From the NCBI GenBank assembly GCA_038870415.1, contig JAWCPE010000001.1, positions 6,806 through 70,805 on the forward strand: DNA of 64,000 nucleotides. Reading direction: 5' to 3'. Shown in pieces: positions 45,926-55,320 of this stretch; position 1 is the stretch's first letter; every line of letters starts with the position of its first letter. Origin of the DNA: Candidatus Bathyarchaeia archaeon. Lineage in GTDB: Archaea; Thermoproteota; CALKCG01; B24; JAWCPE01. The notes under the pieces are model-generated. The model saw only the letters and a list, made by a program, of their open reading frames with translations, searched no databases and was not told where the DNA came from. The translations under genes were made by a program, and so were the position numbers.

Positions 45926-47008
45926 ATGAGCGCTCGTCTCCGTGGTTCGACGTGGGGTCTCTCGCGACGCTCACGGGAGATGCTCCTGTATATCGCCGAG
46001 TTGGCGGCCAAGCATATTGTTAGCCGGCATGAAGGCGTGTTGGCGGTCTACCTTACTGGGTCTGCTGCGAGGGGGGAAGCCACGCGTTCGAGCGACCTAG
46101 ACCTTTGCGGGGTCCTCCGCGGGGACCCCGTCTTCAGCAGACAACCGCCAATCGTTGCCGCCGGGAGACCTGTCTTCTACCGTCTCCATCCGCTTCGACG
46201 CTACCTAGACGTAGAGCAGCTTCTCAGAACCTCGGTAGTGTTGTCGGCTCAGATCGTTGACTCAGTGGGGCTCTACGACCCAGAGGGGGTCTTCGCGAAG
46301 ATACAGGCGGCTGTACTCCAGCGATACGGCGATCCGTTCTACCTGAAAGCTCGAGTCTCCCTCAGCCTCGAGGTGGCAGAGCGGCATCTCCTTTCAGCAC
46401 ACCTATCAGCTCGTCAGCGGAGAGCCTCTCAGGTTGCGAGCCGACTGGTTCAACTGGTAGTCTATGGGCTAGCCCCTGCTGTCTTCTTCCTGGCCGACCG
46501 CCCTCCTACGGAGCGGAGATGCCTCGCCGCGCTGAGGCCTACATGTGAGACTCTCGGCGCAGATAATCTCTACGAGGAGATAGTCGGTCTTCTCGGCTTG
46601 GAGGAAGCGTCAAGCAGATGGGCGTGGCAAGCAGTAGGCGCGGTTAAGCAGCTCTCACGACTGGCCAGCTCCGTTTTGACGCGGCACAGCCCACAGCTGT
46701 ATTGGATGAACGCCGACTGGCTGAGCAACGCGATGGCTGACTACTTCATCGAGGGCGCGAAGGAGCTGCTCCTAGACGGGGAGAAGGAGGCGTCGATCTT
46801 CTGCTCTATGGTGATCGCATCCCGCCTCTTAGATATCGTGAACGGAGCGGAAGCCTCACTCCCCGCCGGTCTATTGATAGACATGGAGAGGCTGGGTTCA
46901 CGTGTGCTAGGCGCTGACCGTGTTGAGAAACCAGCAATGCCCGCCCGTCTGAGGAGCGCTGGAACCGTCGTCGAGGAGACACGACGGCTTGCCTCAGGCC
47001 AATTGTAG
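45926..47008 (+). CDS. Nucleotidyltransferase-domain protein with ~250-aa C-terminal helical domain
   Basis: 360 aa. The NTase motif is LAVYLTGSAARGEATRSSDLDLCGVL (GSxxRG...SDxD). The downstream all-helical region has no clear family; one possible Rx5H segment (ERHLLSAH) is present. Confidence 0.55.
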   Translation: MSARLRGSTWGLSRRSREMLLYIAELAAKHIVSRHEGVLAVYLTGSAARGEATRSSDLDLCGVLRGDPVFSRQPPIVAAGRPVFYRLHPLRRYLDVEQLLRTSVVLSAQIVDSVGLYDPEGVFAKIQAAVLQRYGDPFYLKARVSLSLEVAERHLLSAHLSARQRRASQVASRLVQLVVYGLAPAVFFLADRPPTERRCLAALRPTCETLGADNLYEEIVGLLGLEEASSRWAWQAVGAVKQLSRLASSVLTRHSPQLYWMNADWLSNAMADYFIEGAKELLLDGEKEASIFCSMVIASRLLDIVNGAEASLPAGLLIDMERLGSRVLGADRVEKPAMPARLRSAGTVVEETRRLASGQL

Positions 47009-47049
47009 AGTAGAGCCACGTTCACGAAGCATGATCGGAGAAGCGAAGC

Positions 47050-47742
47050 CTAACCGGACGCTGCAGCTGTCGCTTTGCCTCCCGTTGTTACCTTTCGACC
47101 GCCGGCCTTCGCCCTCGTAGGACTGACCAGTAGAAGGACGAGGGCGACGATGAGGATGAGGAGGCCGATGGCCGCTGCCGTCTGGAGCTGCAGGCGGAGA
47201 ACATGGACTTCCGCCCAGACGATCAAGGGAAGGAAGCCTAAGACCGCGAGTAGGCCGATTCTCCCAAGCGTCCGCATGAGGATGCGAGCCTTGTCGAGAG
47301 GCCAAGAGGCGAAAGCCAGCGCCAGACCTGCGACGATGAGGCTGGAGGACCCTGACACGAACATAGGTGGATAGCTGAGAGCCTCGAGAATAGCCCAGGG
47401 CGAAGGCCATGAGACCTGCAATGCCAAGATGCCCAGAGCTGAGATGAGGCTGCAGGAGCCCAACAGGACTGAGACCAACGCGGCGCTATTCATGACCGCT
47501 ATCCTATCGTGCGCATCGTCTGGTACCACTCGCAGCCTCAGCCAGGTCGAGACGGTGGTTAGGACAAAGAACATGGCGACCACCGGCCAGTTCGCGATGT
47601 AGTCCTGCACGGCGGAAGCCAGCCCACTCGCGGCAGACCCATGAGCAGACCAGTAGTACCCCACGGTTGCGAAGTTGAGGCCGATAGCCGCTACTAGCGT
47701 CTGCCACCAGAGGCCTCTCAAGGCTGGCGAACTCGCGACCAT
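47050..47742 (-). CDS. Hypothetical polytopic membrane protein
   Basis: 230 aa with about 6 hydrophobic helices and a basic Gly/Lys-rich C-terminus. Confidence 0.4.
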   Translation of the reverse strand: MVASSPALRGLWWQTLVAAIGLNFATVGYYWSAHGSAASGLASAVQDYIANWPVVAMFFVLTTVSTWLRLRVVPDDAHDRIAVMNSAALVSVLLGSCSLISALGILALQVSWPSPWAILEALSYPPMFVSGSSSLIVAGLALAFASWPLDKARILMRTLGRIGLLAVLGFLPLIVWAEVHVLRLQLQTAAAIGLLILIVALVLLLVSPTRAKAGGRKVTTGGKATAAASG

Positions 47743-47867
47743 TTAGACCATCAGAGCTATTCAGGACTATAGTTGAGAGGAATGGGCGCTCATTTATCGT
47801 TTGCGGCTTAGCTGAGAGAACAAACCTGCCCAGGTATAGCGGAAGCATTCGTAACGCTGAGGAGATG

Positions 47868-48230
47868 CTACGCCGCAGGCTTGACCCCGAAGAGAAGTCC
47901 CAAAACCGCGCTTGCGCCGATAATAGACAGGACTGCGAAGCTTAAGAGGGCAAACTTGACATCTCGGTTCGCTAAGAAAGCGTATGCGCATACTAGAATC
48001 CTAGTCACAGGCGTCAGGACCAGTATTAGAAGCCCGAGACTAAGTATGCAAGAGGGCTTTGCCTGAGCAATGCCTTGGGGTAGCTCCGAGAGTTCGCGCA
48101 TGACATTCACGGTATAGTTTGGCTCAGCCGGCAGGCTTAGGCTGAGCGCAAGTCCAAGGGCGAAGAGCGCTGTGCTTGCGGCCATCCCGATAACAAGGAC
48201 AAGATAGACGAGCCTGTTCACGTCAGCCAT
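47868..48230 (-). CDS. Small membrane protein (DUF1634-like partner of TauE/SafE)
   Basis: 120 aa with 3-4 TM helices. Its start overlaps the TauE stop in an ATGA overlap at 48227-48232. Confidence 0.45.
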   Translation of the reverse strand: MADVNRLVYLVLVIGMAASTALFALGLALSLSLPAEPNYTVNVMRELSELPQGIAQAKPSCILSLGLLILVLTPVTRILVCAYAFLANRDVKFALLSFAVLSIIGASAVLGLLFGVKPAA

Positions 48231-49237
48231 CAGGGCCCTCCTACAGACAACGTGGGGAGATGAAGACCGAGGTATAAGGCAAGGCCTTGGGCGGCCATAG
48301 CGTATCCGAGGTAGGCCATCAGGACGGTGAGGCTGAGCTTTAACGTCCGGCTGTTAAGCCGGTTCATCGCCCAGGTCCCGACGGTTGCGCCCAGGGTTGT
48401 TCCTATGCAGATGGGGGCCGCCGTGAAGGGGTCGAGTATCCCCGAGGCGAGGAAGACGAGGGCGCTCGTCGCCGCTGTCACGCCGATCATGAACTTGCTC
48501 GTACCTATGGCTGCCTTCACGGGCACGTTCATGTAAAGGTTCATAGCGGTCACCTTCACGACCCCGCCGCCTATGCCGAGAAGGCCTGAACCTACCCCCG
48601 CGATGTAGGAGAGCAGAGAACCGGCTCCCGCCTGGGCTACCCTGTAGTCGACCGTTGCAGCCTCAGCTTGGTCGAAGTAGCTTCCACGTATGTCAAGCCA
48701 TCTAGCTAGGCCTTTAGGAGCGGCATCAGCGTACACGTTCCTAGCGAGACGAGCTTCATCCAGTCTTCGAGTCCGGAAGGCGGCTACCGCCAAGTAGGCG
48801 AGGAGAAGGCTGAAGGCAAGAAACAGGAAACCGCCTGAGACGAAGAGCGCCAAGAGGCTTCCCGTCAACGCGCCCGCGGTTGTGCAGACCTCCAGAAAAA
48901 CGGCGAGTCTCACGTTTGTGATCCTCTGCTCCACGTACGACGAGCCGCCCGCGTTAGAGGTGGCGATTACGGATACTATACTCGACGCTATAGCCTGGTG
49001 GATTGGCACACCCAGGTAGAGTGTGAGGATAGGAACGATGAAGACGCCTCCGCCGAAACCGAGCAGCGCGCCGAAGAAGCCCGCGAAGATGCCAACCAGC
49101 ATCTGAGCGAGGACCAGAGCGAGGCTGAGCAAGGCAAACCTAGCCTCGTCAAGCAGGGCCTCTCCCTTAAAGCTTGCTCGTGACAGAGGGGCGGCTTCAA
49201 CTTCTGAAGCGTAAGGCGCGGCTTCTGAACGTCTCAC
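48230..49237 (-). CDS. TauE/SafE-family (DUF81) membrane exporter
   Basis: 335 aa. The duplicated motif GGGVFIVPILTL / GIGGGVVKVTAMNL is typical of DUF81 sulfite/anion exporters. Confidence 0.8.
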   Translation of the reverse strand: MRRSEAAPYASEVEAAPLSRASFKGEALLDEARFALLSLALVLAQMLVGIFAGFFGALLGFGGGVFIVPILTLYLGVPIHQAIASSIVSVIATSNAGGSSYVEQRITNVRLAVFLEVCTTAGALTGSLLALFVSGGFLFLAFSLLLAYLAVAAFRTRRLDEARLARNVYADAAPKGLARWLDIRGSYFDQAEAATVDYRVAQAGAGSLLSYIAGVGSGLLGIGGGVVKVTAMNLYMNVPVKAAIGTSKFMIGVTAATSALVFLASGILDPFTAAPICIGTTLGATVGTWAMNRLNSRTLKLSLTVLMAYLGYAMAAQGLALYLGLHLPTLSVGGP

Positions 49238-52200
49238 ATGAACTGGCTCAGGCTTGCCTGGGCTTTCTGTGGGCTAGCCCCGAATGACGCCTCGATCTCG
49301 TCCCTGATCAAGGCTAGCCTCTGCCTGTAATATTGGGCTACCTCGTACTTTTCAGCCATCTCTTCGGCTATCTCGACGTACTTCTCGACGCTCTTCCGGT
49401 AGACGGTGAGTCCTAGCTCTGCTCCGCACCGTGCGCATTTCCCGGTTAGCGGCGCTCTGCGGTGGGTGGAGTTGCACCTCTTACACCTGAAACGCTGCCC
49501 CGAGAAGGCGCGGAGGTTACCCATCATATCGCGTATGAAATGCGAAGAGACCACCTTCTCCACCACCTCTCGCGCGTCGACGGCCTCAAGCTGGTCTGTT
49601 AGCAAGAGCACAGCCTCGACCTTGCTCTTCATCGTGCCAAGCCGTTTGTAGGCGCTCTCCAGGTTGCAGCCGCAGATGTTCGACGACTCATGAGTGAACC
49701 TGAAGCCTTCGAACTGGGCCTCGGTGCCAAGCCTCTCCGAGACTACGTCAACGACGCCTACGAGCTGTCTAGGGTCCTCCTGCTCCCGGCAAGCCTCGTA
49801 GAAAGCCGTAGGATAGGCGGCTGCCACATCCAAGTTGTGGGCGGCGGAGTCTACCTCGTACGGGTTCAAGATAGGGGTGACGAGGAGCGGCGCATCCATA
49901 AGTCCGCCCACCTGAGAGGGCAAGTACTCGCGGGAGAAGTTTACGAAGCAGTCTAGGGCTAGGAAGACCGCGTCTTCGTCCCCGTCGCAGTCCCGTCTCT
50001 TCGCCGCGTGCCAGTAGGGATGGGCGAAGCAGACGTTCGCATCGGTGAAACCTATCACTCTCCCTACGACGCCGACAGAGGTGTGAGGCGCCAAGCCGAT
50101 GACGAGCTGGCCTACAATATCCCTGTCCGACCTAGCGTTGTAGAACGGGTGAAGCCCGTAGAAGCCGCGTAGCAGCTCGTCCATGAAGGCGGCTGACCTT
50201 GCGAGGTAGGCTAAGCACGGCCGTGGAACGATGATGTCCTGCACCTTCAACTCGCATACTTGCTCTGGGTCAGTCAGAGGAGCGCCATGCTGGTCCGTAA
50301 CGTACCCGAGCTGCCTCAACTCTTCTATGCTTGTCCCTATCTCCTTCGGTTTGAAGTGTGTGAGCGGGGCATTCGTCGCGTCGAACCTGACCGTGCCGTC
50401 CTTGAAGACGGAGAGAGAGAACCGCGCCCTGAGGAGGCCTTTCTCAAGCGGCTCCGGCACCTTACTCCTGCTCGAGAGACCCTTCACGCCTTTGACGAGT
50501 TCGCCTCGGACGATGCCGAGTCGGCTTGACGCTTCATCCATCAACTGCTTAACATCGACTGTCTGAGGCCTCCAGCCTCTCAACTGGACTCCGCAGGAGG
50601 GGCAGGTCTCAGCCTTCGCCGCGTAGGATCTGTTGCATCGAGGGCATGTAGGCTCAAGAACCGTCGCGGCTCCGCATTTGACGCAGTAAGGCCTAAAGCC
50701 GAGGCTGCCGCAGGAGGGGCACCGCATCGCCGCAAGCTCGACGCTCACGCGTGTACCGGTCGAGGCCTCGATGAGGTCGCGCTTCGAGCCGCCTGAGAGC
50801 CCCACGGGGAAGAGGACGTGGACGAGCGGCTTCATCTCTCTCCGCTTCGCCTTCTCAGGTCTCCCCATCTTCGCCCCGATGAAGGTTGGCGACTTCTCCT
50901 CAACCCGAAGCCCTGAGAGCCTCCTGACAGCCTCAAGCCCTGAGAGTCCGGGCTCAACTCTCAGCTCGGATGCGCCCAACCTTAACAGCCGTCTCAGTAT
51001 CTCGGCGTCCTCCCGGATGACGACTCTGCCGTTCTCAACGGTATGCGGGACGAGGAGCCTCTCTAGAAGCCTCTTCGCCTGCCTATCCAATGGGACCCTA
51101 AGTTCCTCTGCCTGCTCCCCCTCTAGCGAGGCCTGTCCTGAGCTCAACCATCGCCTGAGCTCTTCCAGGTCGAGCCCTGAGAGCCGCGACCATTCATACG
51201 TGTACCTTGGATGGAGGGGAACCCCAAGCGTCTCCGAGAGCCACAAAGCCTCCCTCGGCGTAGGTCGCGTGTGAAGAGGGTCGTTCACTAGGGCGTCCAG
51301 CCGAGAAGGGGAGAGCCATCCTGCCTGTAGGGCTTGCTTCACGCTGTCCGCTTCGCCCTGTCCTAGGCTTGCCTTAAGCCTCTGTGCCCACTCCTCCTCG
51401 GTGATGCCTGAGGGAAGGAGACGCCGGTTGTTCCTTAGGAAATCGTAGAAGCTGACTAGAAGGTCTCCTAGGAAGAGGACGCGTTCGATCTCCGGCCTAA
51501 GCCGAGCGGCCTGCTCCACGGTCTCAACTCTGACGACAGACCCGTCCTTAAGTCTCACCACGGGCGGCTCTATGGAGTCTACGCATGCCACCACCCCGCC
51601 CTTGCTGGGCTTCTCGACCCTCAACTGTGTACCGACCGCTAGGAAGTCCCTGAGGACGGCGACGGTCGCGGGGTGCACCCCAAGCGCTGCTAGGCCTGTA
51701 TTCCTGGCGCGTCCATAGCGTAGCCGGAATCCACCGGGGCGTGAGGGGGAGGCGAAGACCGGCCTCCCCGCGATGACTTCCTCCACGTACATAGCGTCTG
51801 TAGACTTGCCTGAGGCTTGGCCGGCCTGCCAGACGGTCTCAAGCCAGTCCCAGCCTTCGATGCCGAGCTTCTCCACGATCTTGAGGACCTTACGCGAACG
51901 GCCTGCCAGTCCGTCGTTGACCACGATGATGGCGCCGCCCCTGATCCTGTTCGTCTCAACGCGGGGGAGGTTCCGGAACGAGGTCACCTCGAAGGGGTCA
52001 GTCTCGACGCCTGTAACCTCAATCGGGAGGTTCCGCAGGATGCGGTCTAACACTTCGTCGGGCACGTGATACTGGAGGGGTCGCACGGACCGTTCGTAGA
52101 GCCGGGTCTCCTCTATGAAGCGTCTGATCTCGTCCTCCGTCGGCCTGTACCTGTCTAGGCGTAGTTTCCGACGGATGAAGTCAGCTACCACGACGATGAG

Positions 52201-52704
52201 CGCCTGCTCAGTGCCTCCCGCAGGCCTGATGGGGCCTGCGAAGTAGACGGAAAGATACCTAGACTTGTCCGCGTTCTGTTTGAACGCTACTCGGGTGATT
52301 CCCTGAAGAGGCGCGACGGTAGCGCCCTCGGTAGTTATCGCCAACGCGGTCCTGATAGCCTGCTCCGCGGCAGCCCGTTCCTCTAGGGGGCCGAAGGCGC
52401 CGTAGACGATCTCTTCGCCTACCTTGAAGGCCATCTCCTCGCGTTCCATCACCTTGCTCAGCTCACGGATCCGAGCGGCTACGCCCGGTGGGCCGACGAG
52501 AAGCTCCACCTTCTCCGCGAGGTCCCGGGTTATCCTAGGCTCAGGCTCAGGCTTAGGGTCTAGGCCCCTCGACCTCGCGAGTCGAGCTACCTCGTAGAGG
52601 CGGTTCAGCTCTCGGGCTATGGATGAGAAGTAGGCTTCGTAGGCTTGGCTCATCTTAAACTGGGCAGTAGGCTGCCCTTGGAGCGTCGTCAAATGAATCG
52701 TCAC
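49234..52704 (-). CDS. polC: DNA polymerase II (PolD) large subunit DP2
   Basis: 1156 aa. The N-terminal YFAGPIRPAGGTEQALIVVVADFIRRKLRLDRYRPTEDEI...GVETNRIRGGAIIVVNDGLAGR is collinear with archaeal DP2. The catalytic signature HPYWHAAKRRDCDGDEDAVFLALDCFVNFSREYLP is present. Zn-binding clusters CPSCG..CVKCG..CPRC..CPSCG and a C-terminal RCKRCN...CARCG are present. Confidence 0.95.
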   Translation of the reverse strand: MTIHLTTLQGQPTAQFKMSQAYEAYFSSIARELNRLYEVARLARSRGLDPKPEPEPRITRDLAEKVELLVGPPGVAARIRELSKVMEREEMAFKVGEEIVYGAFGPLEERAAAEQAIRTALAITTEGATVAPLQGITRVAFKQNADKSRYLSVYFAGPIRPAGGTEQALIVVVADFIRRKLRLDRYRPTEDEIRRFIEETRLYERSVRPLQYHVPDEVLDRILRNLPIEVTGVETDPFEVTSFRNLPRVETNRIRGGAIIVVNDGLAGRSRKVLKIVEKLGIEGWDWLETVWQAGQASGKSTDAMYVEEVIAGRPVFASPSRPGGFRLRYGRARNTGLAALGVHPATVAVLRDFLAVGTQLRVEKPSKGGVVACVDSIEPPVVRLKDGSVVRVETVEQAARLRPEIERVLFLGDLLVSFYDFLRNNRRLLPSGITEEEWAQRLKASLGQGEADSVKQALQAGWLSPSRLDALVNDPLHTRPTPREALWLSETLGVPLHPRYTYEWSRLSGLDLEELRRWLSSGQASLEGEQAEELRVPLDRQAKRLLERLLVPHTVENGRVVIREDAEILRRLLRLGASELRVEPGLSGLEAVRRLSGLRVEEKSPTFIGAKMGRPEKAKRREMKPLVHVLFPVGLSGGSKRDLIEASTGTRVSVELAAMRCPSCGSLGFRPYCVKCGAATVLEPTCPRCNRSYAAKAETCPSCGVQLRGWRPQTVDVKQLMDEASSRLGIVRGELVKGVKGLSSRSKVPEPLEKGLLRARFSLSVFKDGTVRFDATNAPLTHFKPKEIGTSIEELRQLGYVTDQHGAPLTDPEQVCELKVQDIIVPRPCLAYLARSAAFMDELLRGFYGLHPFYNARSDRDIVGQLVIGLAPHTSVGVVGRVIGFTDANVCFAHPYWHAAKRRDCDGDEDAVFLALDCFVNFSREYLPSQVGGLMDAPLLVTPILNPYEVDSAAHNLDVAAAYPTAFYEACREQEDPRQLVGVVDVVSERLGTEAQFEGFRFTHESSNICGCNLESAYKRLGTMKSKVEAVLLLTDQLEAVDAREVVEKVVSSHFIRDMMGNLRAFSGQRFRCKRCNSTHRRAPLTGKCARCGAELGLTVYRKSVEKYVEIAEEMAEKYEVAQYYRQRLALIRDEIEASFGASPQKAQASLSQFM

Positions 52705-52776
52705 CTACCGGCCCCTCGACCGGCTGGGCTACTCGATCCTTCCCATCTGGATGTCACACCATGGGTCTTAACCTTT

Positions 52777-53583
52777 TTAATGCTTCTCCGCGAGCCGCTT
52801 TCGCGTGACGCCGGCTTCCCTGATGCCCTCGACGAGGGCGGTTAGGGTCTTCTTCACGGAGGCGGGGCGTTCCTCAAGCACCGTGCCGGTGACGATGATG
52901 TCTGCCCCGGCCGAGGCTGCATCCATGACGGCGCGCTTCGTGCGAAGCCCACCCCCTACGATGAGCGGTATGTCGACGGCGGACCGGACGAACGATATCA
53001 TCTCCGGCGGGACAGGCCTCTCCGCTCCTGAGCCTGCCTCTAAGTAGACGAACTGCATTCCGAAGAGTTCGGCTGCCAACGCGTAGAGAGAGGCGAGGCT
53101 TGGCCTGTCGTAGGGGATGAGTTGTGCTTGGCCTATGAAGCCTGCTGCGCCGCCGTCGCCTACGATGATGTACCCCATCGGTAGAGCCTCGAGGCCGTAC
53201 TGCTTGATCATCGGCGCCGCAAGTGCTTGGACGCCGACGATGAAGTAGGGGTTTGAGGAGTTGAGGAGCGACATAAACCATACGGCGTCCGCGTACGGGG
53301 TGATCCCCGCCACGTTACTGGGGAAGAGGATCACGGGGACCTTAACCCGCTCCTTGATAGCCCTTACCGTTAGACTTAGCTGGTCAGTGGACGCGAGCGT
53401 CGAGCCCCCGACCATTATGGCGGCTGTGCCCGCCTCCTCCGCCTCCGCGGCGATGCTTCCCGCCTCACGGTGGTCCTGCTTCTCAGGGTCTATCAGCGTG
53501 ACGTGGATAGAGCCCTCCCGCGTAATCCTTTCTAGCAGGTACTCCTTCACTTTCAAAGGCAGGTCCACCGTAGAGGCTTTCAC
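52777..53583 (-). CDS. (S)-3-O-geranylgeranylglyceryl phosphate synthase (PcrB family)
   Basis: 268 aa. IHVTLIDPEKQ, IMVGGSTL, YLEAGSGAE and IPLIVGGGLRT match the GGGPS TIM-barrel phosphate-binding motifs. Confidence 0.9.
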   Translation of the reverse strand: MKASTVDLPLKVKEYLLERITREGSIHVTLIDPEKQDHREAGSIAAEAEEAGTAAIMVGGSTLASTDQLSLTVRAIKERVKVPVILFPSNVAGITPYADAVWFMSLLNSSNPYFIVGVQALAAPMIKQYGLEALPMGYIIVGDGGAAGFIGQAQLIPYDRPSLASLYALAAELFGMQFVYLEAGSGAERPVPPEMISFVRSAVDIPLIVGGGLRTKRAVMDAASAGADIIVTGTVLEERPASVKKTLTALVEGIREAGVTRKRLAEKH

Positions 53584-53765
53584 GGCCTAGCTCGTTGCCA
53601 CTCGATATAAGCGGTAGTCAGGCTTAAAAGAGATGATGGTGGCGCTCCTGCCTTCGCCTTAACCGACTTGAGCTGAAGGTAGGCCGATGGAGGAAACCTA
53701 CAGCCGCGCCGACGCCCTAGAGAATACTCGGATTATCATGCGAGGGTAGAGAACGCTGGGCGGGT

Positions 53766-54017
53766 CTAAACGACCGCCTTGACCTTGTAGAAGCTGTCGC
53801 ACCACAGCGAGTAGACGTCCACTGGCGCTATGCCAGGGGCTGCCTCGATCCTGTCATGCCGGTTGCAGGCGCCGCAGTGGACTACCGCGCAGCCTTCCTC
53901 CCTCTGCATCTTGACAACAACGGCTTTCCTACCGCAGACCATGCACGTGAAGACCTTAGGCAGCGTCCTTCTAGGAGCCTTGATGACCTTGCGACGCCGT
54001 CTCCCCACCCCTTCCAC
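53766..54017 (-). CDS. elf1: Elf1-like transcription elongation factor (zinc ribbon)
   Basis: 83 aa. FTCMVCGRKAVVVKMQREEGCAVVHCGACN...PVDVYSLWCD matches eukaryotic/archaeal Elf1 (FTCLFCNH...SCKICGQ...PVDVYSDWFD). Confidence 0.85.
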   Translation of the reverse strand: MEGVGRRRRKVIKAPRRTLPKVFTCMVCGRKAVVVKMQREEGCAVVHCGACNRHDRIEAAPGIAPVDVYSLWCDSFYKVKAVV

Positions 54018-54629
54018 CGAAAACGACCATCTCCAGCCGGCTCACTTAAGCCTTAGCCAGACCGGTTCAGGTTTATCAGCCGGAGCTCTCTGGGGATGAT
54101 TCAGCGATTGCCTCTCGCTCGGCGCCCCGAGCACGTCGCCCTCCGTCTCCATCTGACTGGCAGGTCTCTCCGCTTCGGTGCTTTCCCTCCGCAGATGAAA
54201 CAGAACCAGCAGACCAGCAGTCCCAACTCCCTTGTCTCGCGTAAGTCCTGCCAGCCTCTTATGTCCTCGCGTAATAATCGATATCTAACCGTAGGAGGCC
54301 ATGAGGGGCCGTTTCACTATTCGAATATCGGTCTGAGCCGGTCTTCACAGTGGTGGAAGTTGTCCTTGGACAAGGGAGCCTAGGGGACTCCTCTGCGCTC
54401 CGTGGAAGGTAGGCAGGGTAATCGTACCGATCTAGATGGAAAACCCGTGCGTCCCCCTCTGAGGCCTTCTCCCAGACAAGTGAGTTGAGGTTTGCCGAGA
54501 GGCATCGCAACGTCCAAGTGCCCACTAGTAATCTCCGTCGTCTAGAGAACGCTTCGAGGACATCCTCCCAGAGCCAGCTATCCCCCTCGGTGTAGGTAGC
54601 CCGCACATCTAATCGTGCGTTTTGAAACC

Positions 54630-54660
54630 GAGATGAGATGAGATGAGATGAGATGAGGTG
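54630..54660. repeat. Pentanucleotide microsatellite (GAGAT)5 plus a degenerate unit
   Basis: gagatgagatgagatgagatgagatgaggtg in a non-coding region. Confidence 0.9.
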
Positions 54661-55188
54661 TTGTCCTCGTCGTGGAAGACCCTAGCCTCTCTTGGAGAGA
54701 GGCTCCCGGTAAGTCACCGTGAGAACGGCGGGGAGGGCCTCCGCTCTCTCCTGGTCAGGCTCGTCTAGAACGTCGTCAACCAAGTTCGGGCCGTAGGTGA
54801 GGGGGCAACTGTAAGTCTCCATTCGAGGAAACATCCTCTTCCTATGACTCCTCTTTCGTCCACTCCCTAAGCTCGGCTAGGAGGAAGGCTCGGATATTAA
54901 GGATGAGCCTCAGCGAGGGGAGGCTGAACGCGACCGTTTCCATCAGCATCCTCATCCTCGAAGGCTTCATCAACACGCAACCATGAAAGGTCTGCTGAGG
55001 AAGAGTGACTAGACCAGTTCCATGCCTCATTTCGGTTGAGTCCAGAGCTTTCTGCGGACTTGTCTGGCGGCGTGAAAACCACCTTAACAAAGGAGTAAGC
55101 CCGAGCGTCCCCCAAGCCGCTGTGCTGCGCTAGGAGACCAAGCCGGGAATCCGCGAAAGCTTTAATCGAACACCTCGGAGCTCAAGGT

Positions 55189-55320
55189 GGGGCCGTCGGC
55201 TAGCTAGGTCTAGATGAAGACTGAAGCTCGCCTAGAGCTGCAGCGGGGAGAGGCTACGTGGCTCGGGTCCCGAAGGCGGGAACCCACGTGATCGCCGGTT
55301 CAAATCCGGCCGGCCCCACC
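55189..55320 (+). tRNA. tRNA gene with intron(s); anticodon not resolved (a CGG/Pro reading is possible)
   Basis: The 5' GGGGCCG pairs with the 3' CGGCCCC-A-CC. A canonical T-arm GCCGG-TTCAAAT-CCGGC is present. An anticodon-stem-like CGTGG...CCACG encloses CTCGGG plus a 15-nt insert. About 40 extra nt lie in the D-arm region. Total length is about 130 nt. Confidence 0.6.

Noticed and set aside
53615-53690. C/D-box sRNA (AUGAUGG ... CUGA about 45 nt apart)
   Set aside because: The C box is imperfect (AUGAUGG rather than RUGAUGA) and no C'/D' boxes are visible. Too weak to call.
54090-54400. RNase P RNA (GTAAGTCCTGCC and ACAGAACCAG resemble CR-I/CR-V fragments)
   Set aside because: The motifs are in the wrong order and imperfect. 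No P4 pairing could be built. Left as an unexplained non-coding region.
54630-54660. Possible CRISPR array
   Set aside because: It is only a 5-nt unit repeated 5-6 times with no spacers. A microsatellite. No cas genes or longer repeat-spacer arrays anywhere in the window.
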